Below, piece after piece: positions 49,394-60,736 of a stretch of DNA of 64,000 nucleotides. The notes under the pieces are model-generated. The model was given only the letters and a program-made list of their open reading frames with translations. It was not told where the DNA came from and made no database searches. Numbering within the stretch: the stretch's first letter is position 1; each line of letters begins with the position of its first letter. This DNA is from Mobula hypostoma (lineage: Eukaryota): positions 28,088,001 to 28,152,000 of the forward strand of contig NC_086108.1 in assembly GCF_963921235.1 (NCBI RefSeq). Direction: 5' to 3'. A program made the translations under genes and the position numbers.

Positions 49394-50748
49394 TCTTCCA
49401 GTAAGATGGCGATGTGCTTGGATGCAGTAGCTTATATGAAGTCAACTAGAGGTGTTATTATCTTTTAAAATTTTTTTACAATTGCAAGACCCTGCTGGAC
49501 ATTAAGAACTGATAGTACTGCAGGTTTACCCATCAGCGGCAGAGAGACTGAAAGCATTTGGACTTGGTGCAGACTGTGATGCTGTCTGGGACAAAGAGGC
49601 ATTGATGTGCATAGGAGAGTGTGCAGTCTAAAGGCTGATTTATACTTCTGCGTAGGCTCTACACAGTAGCCTACACAAGTGGCCTACGCCGTTGTGAGCA
49701 TTTATACTTGTGTGTTGGTGTGTCTGCGTTGCTCTGCAATTCACCACCAAAACGCTAGCTGGCGGTGGGGTTGAGTTGTGCCATTGTGTTGAGTTTCTTT
49801 GTGTACTTCAAACAATGGCGACTGAAATTGAGCGCATCACATTGGAGTTGGAGCTAATAAATATTGAACAAGAGTTACTTTTATTGAAATTACTGCAATG
49901 CAGAAAAGAGAGAAGGCATCAGAGGAGATGGTGTGTACGACCATTAAACGGATTGAGGCAGAAGGAGAGTGAATTTTCTGTGCTTGTCCGGCCACTGAGA
50001 GACATGGACAAGGAAATGCATTTCAAATATTTTCAGATGTCAGCAGGTAGATTTGACAATTTGACGAGAAGAAGCAACCCCAAATGCGTAGGAGTAAATG
50101 CGATGTTACCAAGCGGACCAATCACAGTTGTTGCGGTTTGCGTCGCAATGACGCGTAGTTAGAATTTTGGGGAGGTGCACGTCAGGCTACGGTATAGGGT
50201 ATGTGGCTACGCCGTACCTACAGCGTAGATTTGATGCAGAAGTATAAATTGGCCTTTACAGGGAGTGATCATCTTAGTCACTTTTGTGGTCAGAAGACCC
50301 TGTTGGAGATTGGTGGTGTGGAATGTTGCAAGTCCATTGGATTTTGATGAATGGCAGGGAAACTGCATGGCCCCGGTGCTAGTGAGGACTGTACCTCAAG
50401 CCGCCATGTTGACAGTTTGCATTGGCCCAGGAGCAAGTGTTGGAGTCGGGTGCTCCACGGTGGTGTGCCACAGTGTACACGCTGGAGTTGGTGCCGCCCC
50501 CAGTGTTCCCTCGGCAAAAGACAATCTATATTGTTTACGACTGCAATCTGCTGCAACGTCTGTGGGCTTAGGGACTTGGACAATTTTACTGCGTGACTGT
50601 ATTTTACTGCTATGTTATATGTGCTGTATATGCCTTGTTCTGTGTATGACTGTTGTTACTGTGTTTGCACCTTGCCCCAAAATAACACTGATTTGCTACT
50701 CTGCTCTCATGGGCATTTGAGTATGGTTGATTGACAATTGAACTAGAA
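49394..50748 (+). mobile_element. Non-coding retroelement family, copy 1
   Basis: Colinear with 54631-55413; head CTTCCAGTAAGATGGCG; LINE-like end TGACAATTGAACTAGAA. Confidence 0.7.
49632..50255 (+). mobile_element. Harbinger-type non-autonomous transposon with the transposase N-terminus
   Basis: TIRs AGGCTGATTTATACTTCTGC / GCAGAAGTATAAATTGGCCT; TAA/TTA flanks; RRWCVRPLN..EFSVLVRPLRDMDKEMHFKYFQMSAGRFDNL is typical of HARBI1/ALP1-like transposases. Confidence 0.85.
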
Positions 50749-51565
50749 GCATAATATTTGCAATCCGTGAATTATTGAATATCTTGAGTTGCAATTCTAT
50801 CCTGGGCTCTGTATATTGCAATCATGAAGAACGCATGCTAGTGGCTCTACTTCATTACTTTAAGCAGATATGGTATGTTACCAAAGACTCTTACAAATTT
50901 CTATATGTATACCATGAAGAACATTCTGATTTGTCATGTCCTGGCATGGCGGCTCCAATGTACAGAATCACAAGAGGCTACAGAAGGTAATAACTTTGTA
51001 ATTTATTGTTATTTTTGCCTTTGCACTGTACTGCTTCAGCAGTACAATAAATTTCATAACATACAATGAAACTGTTTCTGCTTTGTGCCTGTAAGTATCC
51101 CAGACAAATTGTACTTATCAAAGTCTGCTAAACAGGAGGTGAATTTGACTTTTGATCGCGTTGTTCATGGCTGATTTTGTGTCTTAAAGTTTATTGTTTA
51201 ATTCCTAATTAAATTAGGGATAGGAATAGGCTACTCATTCCCTTCAGCCTACTCCACTCCAACATTCAACCCTCCATGGCCAGCTGTCTCTGTAACCATT
51301 CACCTCCTGACCTATCAAGAATCTACCTTCTGCCTTTATTGTCGAAGAGTCTACTTGCACCAGTTTTAGAGAAAGAGGACACCAAAGAGTTACAGCTCTC
51401 TGAATCTGCCTTAAAATGGGAGATGCTTGTTTATTTTTATGTTCAAATCTCTTATTAATCTCTACCTTGAAAATACAGAACAATTGAGTATCCAGAGTTC
51501 TTTGAAGCAGAGTTCCAGAGATGCACAAACATCTGGATAAAGGTATTCCTCATCTATGTTAAATA

Positions 51566-51895
51566 GGTGGCACAGTACTTGAACAGCAGCCAATATAGCT
51601 TCAGACTCATAGCTCCAGAGATCTAGGTTCAATACAGTCCTCCAGATGTTTGGAGTTTACACACCATCCCCTGATCTCATCCATGCCCTTTGGGTCTTTG
51701 GGTGCTGTAGTTTGCTGCCTCATCACAAAGATATATGGCTTGACAGGTCAATTGGCCACTGTAAATTGCTCTTTGTGTGAGTGGTAGAAATTGGGGAAGA
51801 GTTGGTGGGAAAAGGTTGCAAGAAAAACTAGCAGAGAAAAGGGATTGTTCTGTGATCTTGTGCCAAATGGGTGTCCCCTATGTCATAAGGATAGA
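51566..51895 (+). mobile_element. tRNA-derived V-domain SINE (HE1-like), decayed
   Basis: GGTGGCACAG A-box-like and GGTTCAATAC B-box-like motifs; GGAGTTT..GGGTGCT..CAAAGA..AATTGGCCACTGTAAATTG V-domain; CR1-like tail. Confidence 0.7.
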
Positions 51896-52109
51896 TGAAA
51901 TTCTGTCACCTGTTTCTAATGATTTTATTTAATTTATTTTTACCAACAGAGCTACCCCACCCCCTCTGCCAATTTGCCTGTCCACTTACTCTGAGACGAT
52001 TGTCAACTTGTTCTAGTCTCTGTCCCAGTAAGTAGCCCCGCAGCATTGATCCTGCTTTGCAATCCTGAATGGCTCAGTAATATCACCCCTCAATCTTTTA
52101 AACTCCAAT

Positions 52110-55100
52110 GGGAACTGGAGACAAGTGGAACTTTGTGAGACTTCCAATCTCCCTGATTACTACAACTGCATGAAGTGCATCGAGCTGCAGCTCCTTACAA
52201 ACAAGGTTAGGGAACTGGAGCTGCAGCTGGATGGCCTTTGGCTCATGGTGAGAATGAGGAGGTGACAGATAGGAGCTTCAGGGAGGTAGACACTCCTAAT
52301 TACATGTAGATGGGTGACTTCAGGGGAGGAAAAGGGAATAAGCAGCCAGTGTAGAGTACTTCTGTGGCTACTTCCCTCAATAATAATTATACTGCTTTGG
52401 ATACTGCTGGGGAATAGGACCTACCTGGGCATAGGTTCAGGTCTCTTGCACTGAGCTGGCTCTTTGGCCCAGAGGGAAGTGGGAGGGAAGAGGAGTGCAG
52501 TAGTGATAGAGGATTTCGTAGTCGGAGAAGATAGGAGATTCTGTGGACTTAAAGAGACACAAAGATGGTATGTTGCTGCCCAGGTGCCAGGGTCAGGAAT
52601 GACTTGGATCATGTTCACAGCAGTCTAAAGGGGAAGGGAGAACAGCTGGAAGTCATGGTACATTTTTGTACCAATTACATAGGTTGTAAAAGGGAGGAGG
52701 TCCTGAAGAGAGAATATAGGGAGTTAGGTAGAAAGCTGAAAAGCAAGACGTCAAGATCAGTAATCTCTGGATTGCTGCCTATGCAGTGTGTCAGTGAGGG
52801 TAAGAACAGGACAATTTGAAAGATGAATGTGTGACTGAGGAATTGGTTTAGGAAGCAAGGTTTCAGATTTATGTTTTTGGAAATACTCTTAAGGGGAAGG
52901 AATGACCCGTACAAAAAGGACAGGTTTTCACTTGGAATCTAGGGAGACCAATATCCTTGCTAGCAGTTTTGCAAGAGCTGTTGGGGTGAGATTAAAACAA
53001 CTTGATAGGGGAATGGGAACCGGAGTGATAGAGCTGAGGATGGGTTAATAGATGCAATGTGTAGTGAGACTGTGAGGAAGGACAGGCAGATAACAGGACA
53101 AAATTGCCATCAGTGGGATGGGTTGGGTTGTACCATGGGGGCAAAATCAAAAAGGGTGCTGAATACAGGACTGAAGGTGCCATATTTGATTGCACACAAT
53201 ATACGGAATAAGGTAGATGATCCTGTAGCACAGTTAGAGATTGTTAGGTACTTGATGTTGTGGGTATCACTGAGTCATGCTGTAAAAAGATCATAATTGG
53301 AAGCTTATCATCCAAAGATACACTTTGTATCAAACGGACAGGCATGTAGTCAGAGGGGATAGGGTAGCTCTGTTGATAAAAATAAACGAAATTAAATCCT
53401 TAGAAAGAGGTGACTCCTTGTGGGTAGTGTTAAGAAACTGCAAAGGTAAAAAGATCTTGATGAGAGTTATATAAAGGCCTTTGAATAGTAGCCAGGATGT
53501 GGGTAGAAATTACAGGCATATAAGGAGGTCAATGTTACGACAGTCATGGAGGATTTCAATATACAGGTAGATTGAGACATTCAGGTTGGTGATGGATACC
53601 AAAAGAGGAAATGTCTACAAGATTGCTTTTAGAGCAGTTTGTGTTGAGCCCTCGAGGGGAAAGGTAAATCTGGATTGGGTGTTTTGTAATGAACTAGATT
53701 TGATTAGGGAGCATAAGGTAAAGGAGCTCTTAAGAGACAATGATCATAACATGGGACAACTCACTCTGAGATTTGAGAGGAAGAAGCTAAAATGAAATGT
53801 ATCATTATTAGAGTGGAGTAAAGAGAATTATAAAGGCATGAGAGGGGATCTGGCCAAAGTTGATTGGAAGGGGACACTAGCAGGGATGATGGCAGAACGG
53901 CAATGACTGAAGTACTTGGGAGAAGTTTGGATGGCACAGTATAAGTACCTCCCAAAGCAGAAGAAGTATTTTAAAGGGAGGATTAAGCAACCATGGCTGA
54001 CAAGTGAAATTAAGGACAGCATAAAAGCAAAAAAGAGTGCATATAATATAGTAAAAATACATGGGATGCTAGAGGAATGGGAAGCTTTTAAAAATTAACA
54101 GAACTAAAAAAGCAATAAGGTGCGATTAAATATGAAGATAGGTTATCCAATTCATAAGAGGATTCCAAAAGTCAAAGAGAAGTGAGAGTTGAATCGGACC
54201 ACGGGAAAATTATGCTAAAGTGGTTGTAATGGGGACCAAGAAATGGTGGACGAACTTAATAAATATTTTGCATGTGTTCACTGTAAAAGACACTAGCAGA
54301 GTGCTAGAAATGCAAGACTGTTAGGGTGCAGAAGTGAGTATTAGCCATTAATGAGCAGAAGGTGCTTGGGAAATTGAATGATTTGAAGGTAGATAAGTGA
54401 CCTAGAACAGATGGACTACACCCCACGGTTCTGAAGGTAGCAGCTGAAGACATTGTAGAGGCATTAGCGGTGATCTTTCAAGAGTTACAAGATTCTGTAA
54501 TGGTTCCAGAAGACTGGAAAATTGCAAATGCATCTCCACTCTTTAAGAAGGGAGGGAGACAGATGAAGGAAATTATAGGCCTCACTGCAGTGGTTGAAAA
54601 GATAATGGAGTCTATTATTAAGTACTAAGACTTCTGGTAAGATGGTGACACATTTGGATGCAGTGGCCTCTCAGGGGCCAGCCAAAGGTGTTTTGTCCTT
54701 TTTGTAATCACAGGACAATGCTGGACATTAAGAACTTGAGGTAGTGCAGTTCTACCCCATCAGTGAGTGAGTTGTTGATGCAGGAGCTGGACTTGGTGCA
54801 GACCATTAGTGCTTGCTACAGGAAGGCATCAGAGTCTATGCGTGAAGATGGTTTGCAGTCTAACAGCGACTGATTGTCTTGGATGTTTCCCTTGTGATTG
54901 CAAGACCACTTTGAACTTGAAGATGTCAAATTCTACATGTCCTTTGCCCTTTTTTAAAGGCGAGTCAGATGGTGGCGGAGCTCCATGGCCTCAGTTGTAG
55001 TGAGGACTGGGCCTAAAGCCGCAGGACTGCCTGTAGCAGCTGTCCGGGAGCAGTGTAGCACAGCGTCCACGCTGGGTTGAGGGCTAGCCCCTTTCGACCG

Positions 55101-55680
55101 TGCTTCTCTCTGATGTTCAGTCGGTGGACTGACAAACTCGATTGCATGTGTCTGTGCATACATTTGTCTGCAGACTGCTAAGAACCACTTGCTCTTGCTG
55201 ATAATACCCATGCGCCATCCATTTACAGCTCATACCACTCATGGACTTGGGCTATATATATGTTTTTTTTGTGTGACCATGTTTATTTACTATCTTATGT
55301 ACCTTGTGCTGTGTTTGACTATTTTATCTATGGCCCTAGGGTAATTCTGCTTTGTTTGGCTGTATTCATGGGTATTCATGATTAGTTGCATGATAATTAA
55401 ATTTACACCTGAATGTGTGTATGATGTTTTGGGGCTCTTGGAGGCACATGAATAGGCCAAATCAGCTTGGTTTCCTTCAGAGAAAAACGTGCCTGAGAAA
55501 CCTGCTGGAATTCTTTGAGGAAGTAACAGCAGGATAGAAAAAGAGGAGTCAGAAGATACAGTTTACTAGGCTTTTCAGAAAGCTTTTGACAAGATGCAGC
55601 ACATAAGGCTGCCAAGCAAGCTAAGAAACCATGGTATTATAGTTTTTGAACAGAGATGAGGAGGAATTTCTTAAGCCAGA
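52110..55680 (+). mobile_element. Long decayed CR1 LINE with ORF1 (SGNH esterase-like) and ORF2
   Basis: CMKCIELQLL..ELELQL; VCCCPGARVRND..VMVHFCTNYIG..VISGLLP; IRNKVDD (APE start); PWLTSEIK; DWKIAN. Confidence 0.85.
54631..55413 (+). mobile_element. Non-coding retroelement family, copy 2 (inserted in CR1)
   Basis: Head CTTCTGGTAAGATGGTG; shared blocks with 49394-50748; CR1 resumes on both sides. Confidence 0.7.
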
Positions 55681-55762
55681 GGACGTTAAAGTCTGCCGCA
55701 TTACATTTTTTTCCGAGATCTCTGACTCGAAAATTGGCAGCAAACTCTCCCCCCACACAGAG

Positions 55763-55795
<33 letters not shown>

Positions 55796-57529
55796 AAAAA
55801 AATATAAAGATAATTCCCTGTTTGCACTGTTCCATTCTGTCTGCAATGCTTCAGTCAGTGACACCGGCTCGGGCTCGGCTTGTCCACAGGGCCAGAGAAC
55901 CTCAGAACTCCGAAGGTGCACATGTCTTCCAGGCCTCATCCCTGGGATATCGATAAATGGCCGGTCAATAAGCCCTGGGAGTTGGAACCATCCCCATAAA
56001 GAACCACAGTTTGAGAGCAGCTGTAGATCGATTGTGCTGATAGTAATCTGAACTTGTTGAATTCAGTATTGAGTCCAGAAGGCTGATGGAAAATCAGATG
56101 CTGTTTTACAGGGTTACATTGGGTCTCATTGGGACAGTGTAGGAAGCCACAAAGAAGTTGGTAATCAACTTTATAGAGAGAAACTAGCAGGTGCTCACAG
56201 AATAATTGTGACCTAAAAAGCCATTCTATTTGCTCCATGATCTGTCCATGTAGTGACAAACCATTTACTTGAAAGCTCAGTGATTACGCTTTGTTTAATG
56301 ACCTATTCGCCTTGTCCAATTCTTGCATCATTTTGTATATGTCCTGTAGTGCATTCCCATGCGTTAGGGTCCAGTCCATTGATACCTTACTGCAGCTGCC
56401 AACTTTCTTCCTCGTTGTCAATTCCAGACTATCTTTTGTAGCTTCTACCTATATCTTTCTTTATAGTTATGTTTAAATTATTAATATGTACATCAAAAAG
56501 CAAGTTCCGGGTACTGAATAACTCTACTGATGACAGCTATAAAGTTTCAAAAACAACCATCTACCATTATTCTTACTTACTGAGCTATTTTGTACTCAAT
56601 TTGCCACTCTCCCTTCGGGCCCCATGGGCATTTACCAACCTGACCAGTGCCCTTATCAAAAGCCTTTCAAAATTCCATCAAGTATACAATACTGTCCTAA
56701 TCAACATCCTAGTTTACTCCTCAAAAGTTGAAAATAAAAATCTAAAAGTAAACCAGAAAATGCTGAAAGTACCCTGTGGTCAGACGGTATTTCTGGCAAA
56801 GAAAACTCACCCTCTCTGTTCTGTTTCTGAACTAACTATAGATAACTGTTTCCAATCTAATCCTGAAAAATCTCTCACAGAAGTAAGAGTGACGCAGCAA
56901 CTGAGAACTTTTGCTTCAGATTTCTCTTAGTCTTTCTTACTGTGCTGAACTGAAGGGTGATCGGTGCCTTCAAACTGCTTCCACGCTGCAGTTCTTTCTT
57001 AAGCTCAGTACCAGCACTTTTCCTATTAGGCTCACTCTCTTTTTTTAAAATGTTCTCTTGAAATCTGTAAGAATACTGCAACTTCCATTCCTTTGACATT
57101 TACTGTCCCAGATCCTGTTATTGTGTTTGAAATTCCTTGCCTTATTATTTTTGTAGTTTGGTATTGCCAGCAGTTTTGCACTGACTGGACGGCTTTGGAG
57201 ACACCCTCAGCAGTATGTTGCCTCTTTTTGTTTTGTTCAGTAGTTCATCCATGCTGGCCCATTTGCTGATCTTTTGAGCAATTTCTTTCCTTTGCTATGC
57301 ATTTCCACACCTTTTATTAACATCCCTTCTAATGTGAAACCCTGTAGCCAAGGACATTGAACCATCTAGGAATGGTATTTGGATTCAAGCCACAATATCG
57401 TACTCCCAGATACCCATTTCCACCCTCAGCTCATCACATTTATTTACTAGAATCCTTCCTTTAAAAGCACCAAGATGACGAGCACCACCATAGCTCTTGA
57501 TCTGCCTTTCATGTTTGTTCGTTTTGCAG

Positions 57530-57862
57530 AGTGTATGGCTTATTGGGCCTACAGTTTGTGTTCCAGTGATCCAAGTCCAATCCTGACCCTGGAAACCCTT
57601 TGTGGAGTGAGAATGTTCTTCCTTTGGCACCTTGTGTTTCCTCTAGATGCTCCAATTTGCTCCTGCATCCCAAGCATGTGCTACTTGGTAATTGGCTACT
57701 ATGAGTCTTCTCTGGTGTAGATTGTGATAGGAAAATCAGGATGAGATTAGTGAGGCACGTGCAAGAGGACAGGTAACAGCAGAATAAGTTGAGGGAATGG
57801 GTTTGATGGGAAAGCTGAGGGAGCTGCCATGGACTCAATTGATGAAATAGTTTCCTGTGCAT
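57530..57862 (+). mobile_element. V-domain SINE, strongly decayed
   Basis: TGTGGAG..ATGTTCTTCC..GTTTCCTCTAGATGCTCCAATTT..CATCCCAAG..TAATTGGCTACT. Confidence 0.55.
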
Positions 57863-57889
57863 AAAGAAATGATAAATATATAAAATAAT

Positions 57890-59667
57890 CAAAACACAAG
57901 GAAATCTGCAGATGCTGGAAAATCAAACAACACACACAAAATGCTGGTGGAATGCAGCAGGCCAGGCAGCATCTATAGGAAGAAGTACAGTCGATGTTTT
58001 GGGCCGAGACCCTTCGTCAGGACTAACTGAAAGAAGAGATAGTAAGAGATTTGAAAGTGGGAGGGAGAGGGGGAGGGATGGAGCGAAGAGCTGGAAAGTT
58101 GATTGGCAAAAGGGATATAAGGCTGGAGAAGGGAGAGGATCATGGGACGGGAGGCCTAGGGAGAAAGAAAGGGGGAGGAGAGTGCCAGAGGAAGATGGAG
58201 AGGAGGAAAGGAGTTATTGTGAGAGGGACAGAGAGAAAAAAGGAAAAAAATAACAAAATAAACAAACAAATAAATAAATAATTAGGGGATGGGGTAAGAA
58301 GGGGAGCAGGGGCATTAACGAAAGTTAGAGAAATCAATGTTCACGCCATCAAGTTGCAGGCTACCCAGACAGAATATAAGGTGTTCCTCCAACCTGAGTG
58401 TGGCTTCATCTTGACAGTAGAGGAGGCCATGGATAGACATATCAGAATGGGAATGGGACGTGGAATTAAAATGTGTGGCCACTCTGCTCTCAAACGCATC
58501 TCTCCCATTTCACGCACATCTGCTCTCACACCATCCTCCCGCCACCCCACTAGGGATAGGGTTCCCCTTGTCCTCACCTACCACTCCACCAGCCTCTGGG
58601 TCCAACATATAAGTCTCGGTAACTTCTGCCACCTCCAACAGGGTCCCACCACTAAGCACATCTTTCCCTCCACCCCTCTTTCTGCTTTCTGCAGGGATTG
58701 CTTCCTACGCGACTCCCTTGTCCATTCGTCGGCCCCCATCCCTTCCCATCGATCTCCCTCCCAGCACTTATCCTTGTAAGCGGAACAAGTATTACACATG
58801 CTCTTACACTTCCTCTTAAACACGAGGAAATCTGCAGATGCTGGAATTTCAAGCAACACACGTACAAGTTGCTAGTGCCCTTACACTTCCTCCCTTACCA
58901 CCATTCAGGGCCCCAGACAGTCCTTCCAGGTGAGGCGACACTTCACCTGTGAGTTGGCTGGGGTGATATACTGCATCCGGTGCTCCCGATGCGGCCTTCT
59001 ATATATTGGCGAGACCCGACACAGACTGGGAGACCATTTCATGGAACACCTATGCTCTGTCCGCCAGAGAAAGCAGGATATCCCAGTGGCCACACATTTT
59101 AATTCCACGTCCCATTCCCATTCTGATATGTCTATCCATAGCCTCCTCTACTGTCGAGATGAAGCCACACTAGGTTGGAGAAACAACACCTTATATTCTG
59201 TCTGGGTAGCCTGCAACTTGATGGCGTGAACATTGATTTCTCTAACTTTCGTTAATGCCCCTGCTCCCCTTCTTACCCCATCCCCTAATTATTTATTTAT
59301 TTGTTTGTTTATTTATTATTTTTTTCCTTTTTTCTCTCTGTCTCTCTCACAATAACTCCTTTCCTGCTCTCCATCTTCCTCTGGCACTCCCCTCCCCCTT
59401 TCTTTCTCCCTAGGCCTCCCGTCCCATGATCCTCTCCCTTCTCCAGCCTTGTATCTCTTTTGCCAATCAACTTTCCAGTTCTTAGCTTCATCCCTCCCCC
59501 TCCTGTCTTCTCCTATCATTTCAGATCCCCCTCCCACTTCCAAATCTCTTACTATCTCTTCTTTCAGTTAATCCTGACGAAGGGTCTCGGCCCAAAACCT
59601 CGAATGTACCTCTTCCTGTAGATGCTGCCTGGCCTGCTGCGTTCCACCAGCATTTTCTGTGTGTTGC
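57890..59667. mobile_element. 1.8-kb PLE insertion forming a large inverted repeat
   Basis: 12-bp TSD ATATAAAATAAT (57878-89, 59668-79); arms 57928-58483 and 59085-59666; GIY-YIG ORF 58930-59229 (VIYCIRCSRCGLLYIGET); nested PLE end at about 58816-58879 with duplicated CTTACACTTCCTC. Confidence 0.93.
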
Positions 59668-60402
59668 ATATAAAATAATTCCTTGCCTTTCCAACCAAAT
59701 TTGCCTCCCTCTCCTAAAACTCTTGGCATTTATCTTCTATCTCCTCTGACATGTCCATTAATATTTCTGAGGCCTCTGTGAAGCATCTTTTCTACCTACT
59801 GCAAGCAATCAAATTAGAAAAAAAACTCTGCAGGGTGCAATGAATAGCTGTTTGTCTTTGTGCTGCTTTCACTTGTGGTATTTGCAAATTTTATTTAAAT
59901 ATACAGTACAACTGGAAAAAGAACATCAATGGAAAAGTTAGTCTATACTGTAAATATTTGTAAAATGGATTATTTAAGGAATCCTTTGAAGCTTAGCCAC
60001 ACTTTTTGCCAGAGACAACTATTGATTTCAAAGTTGTGTTTCACAGTCATTTAGATGTTTGTCACTTGTAACACCAGACAAAAGCCAGGCAGTTGTCCAT
60101 AGAAAATGGGATCTGAAGGAAAGATAAGGCAATAATTAACCATTCAGCCTACTGAGCTATCTCTATCTAGATAGTAAAGCATTCCAAACACAGTGTTTTA
60201 GCCCAAGGGCTTCACTTTACACCTGATGGGCAGGACAGCGGTAGAGGGGGTGGATTTCACTCAAAGGGAGAGGGGTTGGAGTTTGCTTTTTGATGATAGT
60301 TCTGTCTCCATCCTGCTGCCGGAACCAGGGATCTACCAAAGAACATACATCAAAGTTGCTGGTGAACGCAGCAGGCCAAGCAGCATCTATAGGAAGAGGC
60401 GC

Positions 60403-60438
60403 AGTCGACGTTTCAGGCCGAGACCCTTCGTCAGGACT
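60403..60438 (-). ncRNA. Minimal type I hammerhead ribozyme motif
   Basis: Reverse complement reads AGTC-CTGACGA-AGGGTCTCGGCCT-GAAAC-GTC-GACT; intact core. Confidence 0.8.
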
Positions 60439-60736
60439 AACTGAAGGAAGAGTGAGTAAGGGATTTGAAAGCTGGAGAGGGAGGGGGAGATGCAAAATGA
60501 TAGGAGAAGACAGGAGGGGCAGGGATAAAGCCGAGAGCTGGACAGGTGATTGGCAAAAGGGGATACGAGAGGATCATGGGACAGGAGGTCCGGGAAGAAA
60601 GACAAGGGGGGGGGGGGTGACCCAGAGGATGGGCAAGAGGTATATTCAGAGGGACAGAGGGAGAAAAAGGAGAGTGAGAGAAAGAATGTGTGCATAAAAA
60701 TGAGTAACAGATGGGGTACGAGGGGGAGGTGGGGCC

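Noticed and set aside
49710..50162. HARBI1/ALP1-like host gene
   Set aside because: Only an N-terminal fragment without the DDE core, enclosed by TIRs.
55690..55960. CpG-containing segment with a (GA)n tract
   Set aside because: Looks repeat-derived, but no termini, TSD or second copy were found to classify it.
56469..56930. 153-aa ORF
   Set aside because: AT-rich, no motif, and appears to cross decayed repeat remnants; probably a chance ORF.
7888..60440. Recurring TCTGCAGATGCTGG repeats as a CRISPR-like array
   Set aside because: Dispersed, in both orientations, no regular spacers or cas genes; these are PLE termini in eukaryotic DNA.
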